Below are positions 10,170 through 19,759 of a stretch of 64,000 nucleotides of DNA, piece after piece. The notes under the pieces were generated by a model. The model saw only the letters and a list, made by a program, of their open reading frames with translations, had not been told where the DNA came from and did no database searches. Position 1 is the stretch's first letter. Each line of letters begins with the position of its first letter. A program made the position numbers and the translations under genes. Source of the stretch: Candidatus Melainabacteria bacterium 17Bon1m (GTDB lineage: Bacteria > Cyanobacteriota > Vampirovibrionia > Obscuribacterales > Obscuribacteraceae); the NCBI GenBank assembly GCA_032128875.1, contig JAVLKG010000003.1:513008-577007 (forward strand). The letters run 5' to 3'.

Positions 10170-11579
10170 TCAGGATGATGTTGCTTCGGCTTTTCTTGCG
10201 GAGAAGAAGTGCTTGTGCAGTTGCTTTATTGATTTGTCGGCGTCTTCGTTGCTAACAACAAAACTCAGGTTGATATCTGAGGCACCGCCGGAAATCATGA
10301 TGACGTTGACATTGGTCAAAGCGCTGAAGACTTCTCCGGCAATGCCGCTCTTATCTCTGAATTGGCGTCCAACAACAGAAACAATCGATACATCAGTCAT
10401 GATTCTCACATCACCGAGATCTTTCAATTCTCTGATGATTGAGTCAAGCTCGTCTGTCCTGTCTACTGTCAGTGAAACAGAAACTTCTGAAGTGGCGATC
10501 AAATCAATGGAGGTGGAATGACGATCAAAAATAGCGAATACTTTTGACAGAAATCCGTGTGCCATAAGCATCTTGAATGAGCTTATAAACAGAGCTGTGA
10601 TGCCTTTCTTTGCTGCAATAGCGCAGATTGGTCTGGCTTCGTCGTCTGCGCGATCGATTTCTTTGTCCGCTTTGATAATGGTGCCTGGAGCATCCGGACG
10701 CATTGTATTCAAAATGCGTACTGGAATTCCTTGTTCGATCGCCGGCTTGATTGTAAGAGGGTGCAGGACTTTTGCGCCAAAATAAGCCAATTCTGCAGCT
10801 TCCTGAAAGCCTACTTCGTCAATCACTTCTGCTTCCGGGACGAGTCTGGGATCTGATGTCATCATTCCATCTACGTCGGTCCAAATTTGAATTTCGTCTG
10901 CTTTCAGGGCAGCACCGAATATGGCGGCACTATAGTCGGAACCACCGCGCCCCAATGTGGTCGTCACGCCGTTTTCTGTCGATCCGATAAATCCTTGAGT
11001 GATGACGATCTTTCCATCTTTAGATGGCTTTGCCATTTTAGATTGGGCATTTTTTTCGATTTCATCGCTCAGCGGAGTCGCGCGGCCGAAAGTATCGTCG
11101 GTCGCCATAACTTGTCTTGCATCTACCCATGTGCTCGGGATGCCCTGATGCTCAGCAATTGCCGCAACGACTTTGGAGGAAAGTATTTCACCCATGCCAG
11201 AAATAGCATCGACAGAGCGCTTGGATAATTCCCCAAGATAGCTGACGCCTTTAAGAATGACTTCCAGCTCTTCAAAGTGAGGGTTGAGGCTTTCTTTGAC
11301 CTTTTGTGTGTAAGCTGCGTCTTTGCCCAAAGCTTGATCAATTGCTTCGTCGTGTTTCTTTCGAATCGACTGCAGTTCTGCCAGTGCACCTTTGAGATCG
11401 CGCGCAACAGCTTTTTCGCCTGCTGCGATCAAAGAGTTGGTGACACCGGACATTGCCGACAGCACTACCAGCGGTGCTGCACCCTTGTGTTTTGATTTGG
11501 CTTTGTTGACTATGGACAGCACATCTTGCATGCGCTCGGCAGAGCCGACCGACGTGCCGCCGAATTTCATTACCAGCAT
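10170..11579 (-). CDS. lysC: aspartate kinase with two ACT domains
   Basis: KFGGTSVG, TTLGRGGSDYSA, IWTDVDG, ELAYFGAKVLHP. Confidence 0.93.
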   Translation of the reverse strand: MLVMKFGGTSVGSAERMQDVLSIVNKAKSKHKGAAPLVVLSAMSGVTNSLIAAGEKAVARDLKGALAELQSIRKKHDEAIDQALGKDAAYTQKVKESLNPHFEELEVILKGVSYLGELSKRSVDAISGMGEILSSKVVAAIAEHQGIPSTWVDARQVMATDDTFGRATPLSDEIEKNAQSKMAKPSKDGKIVITQGFIGSTENGVTTTLGRGGSDYSAAIFGAALKADEIQIWTDVDGMMTSDPRLVPEAEVIDEVGFQEAAELAYFGAKVLHPLTIKPAIEQGIPVRILNTMRPDAPGTIIKADKEIDRADDEARPICAIAAKKGITALFISSFKMLMAHGFLSKVFAIFDRHSTSIDLIATSEVSVSLTVDRTDELDSIIRELKDLGDVRIMTDVSIVSVVGRQFRDKSGIAGEVFSALTNVNVIMISGGASDINLSFVVSNEDADKSIKQLHKHFFSARKAEATSS

Positions 11580-11644
11580 TTAGCTACTCCTGCCAGCTGT
11601 GAACACGACAAGAGTTACTTTAATGCTTGAGCGAGCCGCATGTA

Positions 11645-11678
11645 TTACCTGCGGTAAATCTCGTTACCTGCGGTAAAT
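11645..11678. repeat. 15-bp direct repeat duplicating the 3' end of murA
   Basis: TTACCTGCGGTAAAT at 11645-11659 and 11664-11678. Confidence 0.85.
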
Positions 11679-12977
11679 GTCTGCACCCAAACCACGGAAC
11701 TTATCTTCAAGATTTTCGTATCCACGGTCCATGTGACGCAGTCCGGTAACTTCCGTTATACCTTCAGCTCCCAAACCTGCGATAACTAGTGCAGCAGCAG
11801 CTCTCAAATCGCTGGATTTGACTTCGGCACCGGTCAATTTCGGCACGCCTTTGATTACAGCAGCATTGCCGGTGAGCGAAATATCGGCGCCCATGCGTCT
11901 CAATTCGCCGACTTGCATGAAACGATTTTCGTAAATCGTTTCTGTAATAATCGAAGTGCCTTCAGCAACTGCCAGAACCGACATTAGCGGTGCTTGCAAG
12001 TCTGTTGGATAGCCTGGATAAGGCAAGGTAGTGCAATCTACCGGTTTGATCAGCTTGCCGGACTTAACTTTGATGATGTCCGGAGAGTAGATCGATACTT
12101 CAGCACCCATCTCTTGCATCTTGCTGATCACTGAGTAGAGGTGGTGAGGATTGCAGTTTTTGAGGACGATTTCGCCAGTTGTTGCCATAACAGCAAACAA
12201 GAAGGTACCTGCTTCCAGGCGATCTGGAATGGTGTCAATCGTGGCGCCGTGCAGCTCGGAGAGTTTTACACCGTCGATAACGATTTGGTATGTGCCGGCT
12301 CCGGTAATCTTTGCGCCCATTGCGTTGCAGAAGTCCGCCAAGTTGGCAATTTCCGGATCTTGAGCGGCGTTTTCGATAATGGTTTGACCTTCAGCGAGCA
12401 CTGCTGCCAGCATGATGTTTTCGGTCGCACCGTTGGACGGACGATCTAGATAGATTCTTTGTCCAACCAGTTTATCCGTGGTGGCATGAACATAACCATG
12501 CTCACACCAGATTTCAGCACCGAGCGACTTCAAGCCGCGTTCGTGCAAATCAATTCTTCTTTCTCCGATGGCGCAACCACCAGGAAGTGAGACTTTGGCT
12601 TGGTGGCAGCGAGCTACCAGAGGACCAAGTACTACGAAAGAAGCTCTCAGCTGACTGACCAACTCATAAGGAGCTTCGAAGTCGGTGATATCGGTTGCAT
12701 CGATGATTACTTCATCTTTGCCAATAGTGACTTTTGCACCCAACGTGCGGATGACGTCTGCCATCATGTGGACGTCGGTGAGATTAGGTACGTTGCGAAG
12801 GACGGACACACCAGGCGCCAGAAGGGCTGCTGCCATCATCTTGAGCACTGAGTTTTTCGCGCCGGAGATGGTTACTTCGCCGTTTAATGGCTTGCCACCA
12901 CGAATGATGATGCGCTCTTCGGACTCTTGCGGACCTTGTTTGGTCGGAGGATCTACTCTGGAAATTTGTGGTGTCAT
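11664..12977 (-). CDS. murA: UDP-N-acetylglucosamine 1-carboxyvinyltransferase
   Basis: SGAKNS, RAS, LPGGCAIGER (catalytic Cys), PDRLEAGT, PGYPTDLQ, DRGYE. Confidence 0.98.
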   Translation of the reverse strand: MTPQISRVDPPTKQGPQESEERIIIRGGKPLNGEVTISGAKNSVLKMMAAALLAPGVSVLRNVPNLTDVHMMADVIRTLGAKVTIGKDEVIIDATDITDFEAPYELVSQLRASFVVLGPLVARCHQAKVSLPGGCAIGERRIDLHERGLKSLGAEIWCEHGYVHATTDKLVGQRIYLDRPSNGATENIMLAAVLAEGQTIIENAAQDPEIANLADFCNAMGAKITGAGTYQIVIDGVKLSELHGATIDTIPDRLEAGTFLFAVMATTGEIVLKNCNPHHLYSVISKMQEMGAEVSIYSPDIIKVKSGKLIKPVDCTTLPYPGYPTDLQAPLMSVLAVAEGTSIITETIYENRFMQVGELRRMGADISLTGNAAVIKGVPKLTGAEVKSSDLRAAAALVIAGLGAEGITEVTGLRHMDRGYENLEDKFRGLGADIYRR

Positions 12978-13325
12978 TCTTTATTGCGCCGCTTCTAGGG
13001 AGTTGCCGGAATTTAGGATTCGTATTTTCAGTCTTTTGCGCTCTACTCCAAAGACGCAAACGACTAGATCGATATGTAGTGTGGGTGCCGAGATCCTGAT
13101 GGATATTTGCGGGGGTGCCTAAGGTCGAATTTGTATCTTTTGCAAATATCTGTCGGTCACCAGTGCGCGATAATGCGCCTCTGTACTTACTTTACACTGC
13201 AAAGGTAAGCCGGGTGTTAACCTAGAGGCTAAATTGTATTTGGTATAAAAGTTCGTTAGGGTGTGCCTCTTTCACGCTTCTAGTCTGACTTGAAATACAA
13301 AGAGCAAGTTCCCATCACGCTTTCC

Positions 13326-13760
13326 ATGGATGTTAAACAGGTGTTAATTTATTTTGTCAAGTGCCTTTACGCAATTGCACAGTCGGTGTTACGCCAGTCT
13401 CCAAGCGTAGCCGCAATGACGTTGACCGTAATTCTTCTCTTGTCAGCCTGCTCAATGGGTGAAGAGGTCAAGAGAATTCGAGCTGTCAATGAGATGGAGA
13501 AAGAGCGCGCTCAGTCTCAGTCGACGGACTTGACGGGTGAGCAAGTGTTTATTCGCAGTTGTAATACTTGTCATCCCCGGGGCAGGCAAGGCGTCGGTCC
13601 TGCCCTTGATCAACTGAGTGAACATTTTGCCACTGACGAGATGTTGAAGCGCTTTATACGTATGGGTAAAGGCGTCATGCCTGCCAATCCGAAGGAAACG
13701 CTCAATGACGTTGAACTGGACAATTTGGTCAAATATTTGCGTGCATTGCCCAAGCCTTAA
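13326..13760 (+). CDS. monoheme class I c-type cytochrome, probable lipoprotein
   Basis: CNTCH heme motif, GKGVMPA axial Met region, LLLSAC lipobox; start uncertain (13290/13326/13416). Confidence 0.85.
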   Translation: MDVKQVLIYFVKCLYAIAQSVLRQSPSVAAMTLTVILLLSACSMGEEVKRIRAVNEMEKERAQSQSTDLTGEQVFIRSCNTCHPRGRQGVGPALDQLSEHFATDEMLKRFIRMGKGVMPANPKETLNDVELDNLVKYLRALPKP

Positions 13761-13778
13761 AATCAGCTCAGACCGCTT

Positions 13779-14363
13779 TTAGCTGGTCGGATTGACGAGC
13801 AGCTCCAAGACCCAGATCAGCGTGATGCAGAAAAGCACCACGATAACTATCCGTGAGATCAGGTGCGGACCGGACATGATGATTGGGTCGATGGGGCAGA
13901 ACTTGACGAAAGAATTCGGTATCTTTTCGCGCTCTGCTAGATATAAAGACGAGATCAGCATCGGCCACACGCGCTTTCCGTCTTTGTTCAACTTATAAAT
14001 TACGATCACTAATTCGGGACTTATATAAAGCTGAACGACTTGATCCCAGTTGACTGTTTTTCTTTGCGGCCAATAAGTACCGCGATATTTGATGCCGTGC
14101 CGACTGAGCTGCAGGCTTGAAGGGCTCAGGTATGGTCTGAGTCCAACCAATATAGAAACAAGGGCGATCGTGATGAAAAAGCCCTCGACGTTGATGAGCA
14201 TTTTCCAATTGCCCGTCTCTACCAACTTGGCCCAGAGAAACTTTGCCAGACCCAGATAGGCGGCCGCGAGGATTACGCACATTGCCAATTCCGTAGGATC
14301 TCTATTCTCTACGTAGTTGTCTTGCGAGTCTTCTAACGGTTCCGATTGTGGTGCATTAGACAT
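13779..14363 (-). CDS. hypothetical membrane protein
   Basis: 194 aa; two N-terminal TM segments, soluble beta-rich middle, C-terminal TM. Confidence 0.75.
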   Translation of the reverse strand: MSNAPQSEPLEDSQDNYVENRDPTELAMCVILAAAYLGLAKFLWAKLVETGNWKMLINVEGFFITIALVSILVGLRPYLSPSSLQLSRHGIKYRGTYWPQRKTVNWDQVVQLYISPELVIVIYKLNKDGKRVWPMLISSLYLAEREKIPNSFVKFCPIDPIIMSGPHLISRIVIVVLFCITLIWVLELLVNPTS

Positions 14364-14475
14364 GCCGGTATTAAGACCGATCTTGCAATTGCGATAGTAA
14401 GCCTTGACCTAGAGTAAACAAACGAAGTTTGCTTTTCCACTAAATTCTAGCAAGCGGACACAGGAAAAACCGGAA

Positions 14476-16152
14476 TCAAGCTCCGAATAGTTCCTCGCGA
14501 GCCTGCTTTGCCTTTTCTTTTAAAACTTTGGGGCTGGCGGTGGCAATCTGTTCGCTGAGCGGTGCCACTGCCCGATAAAACTCTTGATCGAACGCACGCG
14601 TACGAATTACTACGGGCATGGGGACGGCATAGCCGAGAACAAGCGCTTGCTGTTTTGGATCCATTTGCGACAGTACGGTGCGTAATGTTTGGCTTCCGGA
14701 GACGCCAGTGAAAACTGCATCGATATCTTTGTCGTCATTTAGGAGCGCAGTTACTCGCGTTCCGATTTGGCTCAAAATCTCCGGATCGATGCCTGAGGGG
14801 CGCTGATCGACAATTAGCAAGGTGACTGAATACTTCCGCATTTCTCTGGCGATAATACCGAATATGGTTTGCTTGGCGACAGCCGGTGCCAAGAACTTGT
14901 GAGCTTCCTCAATAACAATCATCAGCTTGCGCGGAGCTTCAACGTGCTCTGGATCCGCCTGGTGAATTTCGGAGCGGCGAACATATTCCTGGTGAATACG
15001 GCGGGTGATTATATTGGTCGCCAGCATGTAGGAAAGCAAGTTGTTCTGGCGTCCGAATTCGAGTACAACGTGCTTGCCGGCCTGAATGTAAGAGAGGATT
15101 TCGTCAATGTAATTATGCGCAACGCGTGGCTTCAAATACGGTGTCTTTTGTACGACTGTATTCAGGCGGCGTTGCAAGGTCTTTAGAGCTGTTGGGTGAC
15201 CTTTGTGAAACTGGCAAAATTCTTCGATCTCCTCACCGGACATGTCGAGCAAGGTTGCAATCCAGTCGGCGCCCATTTTTTCACGAGCGATATATGCATT
15301 TTCGACAGTTGCTTCGGACAGTGCCAATTCAACTTTAAGCAGATCAAGATCTTCGATTTCAATTTGGTTGTAGCCGATATAAAGCTCGTGAACATCGGGC
15401 AATCCGCGTGCTCTGGACGACTCTTTGTCGAGACTGAATACGACAACATCCCCACCAAAAAGCTGTTTTAGGCCTTTCACGCGCGGCGCCGATTTGCTTT
15501 CCGACATGGCTTGCCAGCCGTACTCGTTGTGCATGTCGAAAACCAGCACTGAGGCTATGTCTTTGCTGATCACGCCGCAAAGAAAAATGCGTGTGAGGAA
15601 TGATTTGCCGGTGCCGGATTTTCCAAAAATTCCATTGGAGCGCTCGATAAAACGGTCGAGATTTACGCAAATGGGAGTTTCCATATTCAACGGCTTTCCG
15701 ACATTGAAATACGAGTTGTGGCGGTCGTTTTCGTCTTCCTCACCAAAAACGAGAGCAAAGTCGCTTTTAGTTGCCTCAAATACCGGAGAAAAGTGGCTGG
15801 GAATTGTTTTTACAGGCCTAAGTCCAGACTCTCCAATTTCTGCTTCTATTGAATTTCCCGATTCGAGCATCAGCATGGGCTGTACTTTGACAGTTCCGAA
15901 AGTGGAAAAACCAGAGAGCACCTCGAGGATAAACTCGTCGTTGCCGGGCGGGCTGCTCAAAATATTCGGGTTGGATGTCGCCAGCGAAACATCAGTAAGC
16001 ATGCTGAAAAAGCGAGTGCGCTTTCCTTCTACAACCACAAAGCGACCGACGCGCAAATCTTCTACGGACTGGCTTTTGTCCAGCCGCATTTCCAGCCCTG
16101 TCGAAAGAGAGCCTTGCGTAATGATGCCCAAGTAGTTTGAACGCTTTGCCAT
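14476..16152 (-). CDS. HerA/FtsK-family ATPase (HAS-barrel + DUF87-type)
   Basis: GKSGTGKS Walker A, VFDMHNEYG, IVIEEAHKF Walker B, AREMRKY, DQRPS. Confidence 0.9.
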   Translation of the reverse strand: MAKRSNYLGIITQGSLSTGLEMRLDKSQSVEDLRVGRFVVVEGKRTRFFSMLTDVSLATSNPNILSSPPGNDEFILEVLSGFSTFGTVKVQPMLMLESGNSIEAEIGESGLRPVKTIPSHFSPVFEATKSDFALVFGEEDENDRHNSYFNVGKPLNMETPICVNLDRFIERSNGIFGKSGTGKSFLTRIFLCGVISKDIASVLVFDMHNEYGWQAMSESKSAPRVKGLKQLFGGDVVVFSLDKESSRARGLPDVHELYIGYNQIEIEDLDLLKVELALSEATVENAYIAREKMGADWIATLLDMSGEEIEEFCQFHKGHPTALKTLQRRLNTVVQKTPYLKPRVAHNYIDEILSYIQAGKHVVLEFGRQNNLLSYMLATNIITRRIHQEYVRRSEIHQADPEHVEAPRKLMIVIEEAHKFLAPAVAKQTIFGIIAREMRKYSVTLLIVDQRPSGIDPEILSQIGTRVTALLNDDKDIDAVFTGVSGSQTLRTVLSQMDPKQQALVLGYAVPMPVVIRTRAFDQEFYRAVAPLSEQIATASPKVLKEKAKQAREELFGA

Positions 16153-16177
16153 CCTTACAGTGTAGTCTGTAAGTTGG

Positions 16178-16444
16178 CTATACGGTAAAACCGAGAGCTT
16201 TGGCGAAAGCTTTTACTGCTGCGTCTTTGGCGGAAGCATCAAATGTTTCTTTGTTGAGAATCTCGCTTTCTTCGTTGCCGCGATATTCCGACAATGTATA
16301 AACGAGCGGTTCGTGCAAACTTCTTTCGAGGCGGTAGAGATTTCCATTCTCTCCTGTTGCGCCTACCAGTCCCCAAACACCGTCAAGTGACTTGAGAATG
16401 TCTTCGACCGTATGCGGCCATTGTGCCCTCATCAACACGCCCAT
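16178..16444 (-). CDS. hypothetical protein (~88 aa)
   Basis: ATG at 16444 with GAGGAG SD; ends 25 bp before HerA. Confidence 0.75.
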   Translation of the reverse strand: MGVLMRAQWPHTVEDILKSLDGVWGLVGATGENGNLYRLERSLHEPLVYTLSEYRGNEESEILNKETFDASAKDAAVKAFAKALGFTV

Positions 16445-16590
16445 TGCTCTTCTCCTCAAAAATCGGTCTTGGATTGCGACCTTATCTGGATGAACGAAAG
16501 TCCACTGCTTTTACCCGGGGTTCTTGCTGGATACCCCAGCCACGGAGTAAATGCACTGGCTGTTTATGCTTGAGACAATTGAAAAAAATA

Positions 16591-16670
<80 letters not shown>

Positions 16671-17142
16671 TTGTGGTTTGATTTTAGCCCATTTCGAGGT
16701 GGACTTGCTTCAACGTGACAATTCTTTGACGAAGGGCTTGGGCTGTCAATAGTCACGGGTTTATAAAACCGCATAAGCGTTCCTGCTTGCGCCTTCCCGT
16801 GGGGAACCTTATCCTTAAAGAAGCGTCTTTTTTCTAGTTCGACCAAGTTGGGCAAGCCTGCCAAAAGCGGCAGTTGAAGAGGGTTTTACTTGAGACGGTT
16901 GCAGAGAAGCTAGAGTGGCAATGGTTGAAAACCGGCAAAATATGCGGTTCTACCTCTGTCTCTAAACGGTAACACAACAAAAATTTTATCTTCGAAGCAA
17001 ATAAAATCAAGGATCTTGGGAATAATGGGGTTTAGAGACTTACCAGCCAATCGGCGATTCGCCTGAAGAGAGCTTGAGTTTCAAAAGTCAAAAAGAGACA
17101 GCCGGCAGCCAAAGCAGCAGCAAAGCAGCAAAAGAAGGAAAC

Positions 17143-17694
17143 ATGACCGAAAAAGGGGACAATTCCGAATTTCTGATGATTGAGATGTTCGTCGCAGGCA
17201 TCGCTCTTGATGCTCGCAGCGGACAGCCGATTGTTGTCCTCAATGACCAGACCAAAAGACGTGCATTGCCCATCTGGATAGGCATGGCGGAGGCCAGTGC
17301 TATAAGCCGGGCGCTTGATAACTACAAGCCAGAGCGTCCGATGACGCACGATCTTTTGCTCAACGTGATTACTTCGCTTGGCTACAAGGTAAAGCAGGTC
17401 GAGATTAACGAGCTTTCCTCCAATACCTATTTCGCTACTATCCAGCTGCAGCTCAACGAACCCGGCACTCCCGGCGCCGAGTCTATCGAAACAATCAAGC
17501 CTATTGATTCTCGCCCCTCAGATGCTATTGCCCTTGCGCTCAGAGCCAAGGCGCCGATCTTTGTATCAGCGCAGGTTGTTGCCGATGGCACGATTCCAGC
17601 CGACTTCGAGAAAGACGAAGCTGAGGCTCAGGAATTCAAGAAATTCATTGAGGGCTTGAAAGCTTCGGACTTCAAATTGTCGGGCGGCGAGTAG
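17143..17694 (+). CDS. bifunctional nuclease family protein (DUF151)
   Basis: LPIWIG..EA, RPMTHDLL, IDSRPSDAIALALRAKAPI. Confidence 0.93.
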   Translation: MTEKGDNSEFLMIEMFVAGIALDARSGQPIVVLNDQTKRRALPIWIGMAEASAISRALDNYKPERPMTHDLLLNVITSLGYKVKQVEINELSSNTYFATIQLQLNEPGTPGAESIETIKPIDSRPSDAIALALRAKAPIFVSAQVVADGTIPADFEKDEAEAQEFKKFIEGLKASDFKLSGGE

Positions 17695-17715
17695 GCCTGT
17701 TTAGTAAGAAAGCGC

Positions 17716-18060
17716 TTATTTCTTTTTCAAAGATTGCTTGAGCGCTGCATCGAGCGTAGCGATTTTCGCTTCGAGCATTTTGATCTTGTCGTTAGTAAGC
17801 TCTTCCTTGAGCTTCTCGTCTTGCTTTTGCCAGGTCACCTGAAGTTGTTCGCTCTTAGCTTCTTTCGCTGTGCTGAGAAGCGCAGGCAAGGTGCTCAAGC
17901 CGCCGCATACGAACATCAGAAGACCTGCTAAGCCAAAAGGAATCGCCATTTGACTGCCGAAGAGCTTGATTGTGACCGGGTCTAAATTCTGAGCGCCGAT
18001 TGCCAGGGCGATAGCAATAGAGAGTATGGAAACAGCTAGAAAGATTGGTTTTTTGTTCAT
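17716..18060 (-). CDS. LapA-like (DUF1049) membrane protein
   Basis: TM-AQN..PVTIKLF-TM followed by coiled coil. Confidence 0.7.
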   Translation of the reverse strand: MNKKPIFLAVSILSIAIALAIGAQNLDPVTIKLFGSQMAIPFGLAGLLMFVCGGLSTLPALLSTAKEAKSEQLQVTWQKQDEKLKEELTNDKIKMLEAKIATLDAALKQSLKKK

Positions 18061-18089
18061 GAGATTGGCTCTGGCTTCTATCGATGCGT

Positions 18090-19085
18090 CTACAGCTTAT
18101 CGATGAGAGCCTGCATGTCGCTAGGGACGGGAGCTTGAAATTCTAGCAGTTCACCGGTAATCGGATGGGTGAAAGCTAGTTGAGCTGCGTGCAATGCGTG
18201 TCCCGAAAGCCCCAATTTGTGCCGTGCAGGGAGCGTGCCGGTTGTTTTACGGTTGTATACGATATCTCCCACTACAGGAAAGCCGCTATATGAGGCGTGC
18301 ACGCGAATTTGATGTGTTCGTCCGGTTTCTAGCGTAAGTTTCAACAAAGAATACTTGGACGACCGCTTCAAGACTTGATAGTGAGTGACTGAAGGGCGGC
18401 CACTGTCTACGACCCACATTTCCTTGCGCTTGCTCGGATGCCTGCCGATTGGGAGGTTGATGGTACCTGTGTTTTGCTCAACTATCCCTTCGACAATTGC
18501 GTAATAAACTCGAAGTGCTTTTCTTTCCTTTATCTCCTTCTGCAGGTGGTGAAGCGCCTTTTCGCTCTTCGCTACCACCAACAAGCCCGACGTGTCTTTG
18601 TCGAGCCGGTGAACAATGCCCGGGCGGAGCGTTCCATTTATACCTTTTAGGCTAGATCCGATGCGATTCAAAAGAGCGTTCACTAGCGTGCCTGTGAACA
18701 CACCAGCTCCTGGATGCGTAATCATTCCGGCCTTCTTGTTTACGACTACTAGTTCGTCATCTTCGAAGATTATGTCGACCGGGATGTCTTCTGGCAGAAG
18801 TGCTAGTGGTTCTGGTGCGTCGATTACCACGGTAACTTCTTCGCCGCCTTTGAGTTTCTGCCCTGGCTTGAGTGACTTTCCGTTTACCAGCACTTTCTTT
18901 TCTTCGATCAATTGTTGAATGCGGCTGCGTGACAGCCCGGGCAATCTGGTCAAAAGGTAGTGATCTAATCGAGCCGGCAGCTCAATTTCGGACTCGTTTG
19001 TGTCCGCATCTTCCTCTTCAATGAAGCTGAGCCCTGGCTTGCCTACCTTGAAGGATATGGTATCGCTGGCGATATCGTTGTCCAC
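18090..19085 (-). CDS. rluD: RluA/RluD family pseudouridine synthase
   Basis: S4 domain (RLDHYL...SRSRIQ), HRLDKDTSG, LETGRTHQIRVH. Confidence 0.9.
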   Translation of the reverse strand: MDNDIASDTISFKVGKPGLSFIEEEDADTNESEIELPARLDHYLLTRLPGLSRSRIQQLIEEKKVLVNGKSLKPGQKLKGGEEVTVVIDAPEPLALLPEDIPVDIIFEDDELVVVNKKAGMITHPGAGVFTGTLVNALLNRIGSSLKGINGTLRPGIVHRLDKDTSGLLVVAKSEKALHHLQKEIKERKALRVYYAIVEGIVEQNTGTINLPIGRHPSKRKEMWVVDSGRPSVTHYQVLKRSSKYSLLKLTLETGRTHQIRVHASYSGFPVVGDIVYNRKTTGTLPARHKLGLSGHALHAAQLAFTHPITGELLEFQAPVPSDMQALIDKL

Positions 19086-19098
19086 GCAATCGGCCTAC

Positions 19099-19689
19099 CT
19101 AGCTTTTTTCGGGAGTAGCAGCAGCGGCAGACTCCTTTTCTTGTTGTGCATTAGGCTTATCGGCTGGTGGGACGTCGTCTGTTTCTGGCTTGCCCAGGCG
19201 AGAGATGAGCACCAGTCCCAAACCTATATTTATGAATGTGTCTGCAACGTTGAAGACCGGAAAAGAAAAGAATGCAAATTCCAGAAAGTCAGTGACGTGG
19301 CCCTGAGTGAATCGGTCGGTCAGATTGCCCAGAGATCCCCCGATGATGCAGCTCAAGCCGATTAGCTCCAGTATTACAACGGACTGCCCTCTGGCAATAC
19401 GGGAGCCTAACCAGCAGCTCAGAGCCGCAGTCAAAACTACCGCAGTTACGGTCATAAAGCCGCCGTTGTTTGATCCCAGGCTGAAGGCTGCCCCAGTATT
19501 TGTCGTGAGGGTGAGCTTTAGAAAACCATCTATAAAAGGTTGGGAATTATGCAGTGTCAGGTTGCTGAGCGCCCAATCTTTACTCCATCGGTCCAGTGCA
19601 AAGGATGCGGCTATGGTAAATAGCGCTATCACGATTGAAACGGCGGCTGCCTTCTTTGCGCAAGCCTGACTGGTTTGCTCTTCTGTCAT
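19099..19689 (-). CDS. lspA: signal peptidase II
   Basis: D..SK, NTGAAFS, GNLTDR, VTDF, FNVAD. Confidence 0.95.
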   Translation of the reverse strand: MTEEQTSQACAKKAAAVSIVIALFTIAASFALDRWSKDWALSNLTLHNSQPFIDGFLKLTLTTNTGAAFSLGSNNGGFMTVTAVVLTAALSCWLGSRIARGQSVVILELIGLSCIIGGSLGNLTDRFTQGHVTDFLEFAFFSFPVFNVADTFINIGLGLVLISRLGKPETDDVPPADKPNAQQEKESAAAATPEKS

Positions 19690-19726
19690 TACTAGAGTTT
19701 ATTCTCGAGGCTGCTCTTCAATCTAT

Positions 19727-19759
19727 CTATTCAGAATTCTATTCAGAAATCTATTCAGG
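19727..19759. repeat. 12-bp tandem repeat spanning a stop codon
   Basis: CTATTCAGAATT / CTATTCAGAAAT / CTATTCAGG. Confidence 0.75.
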
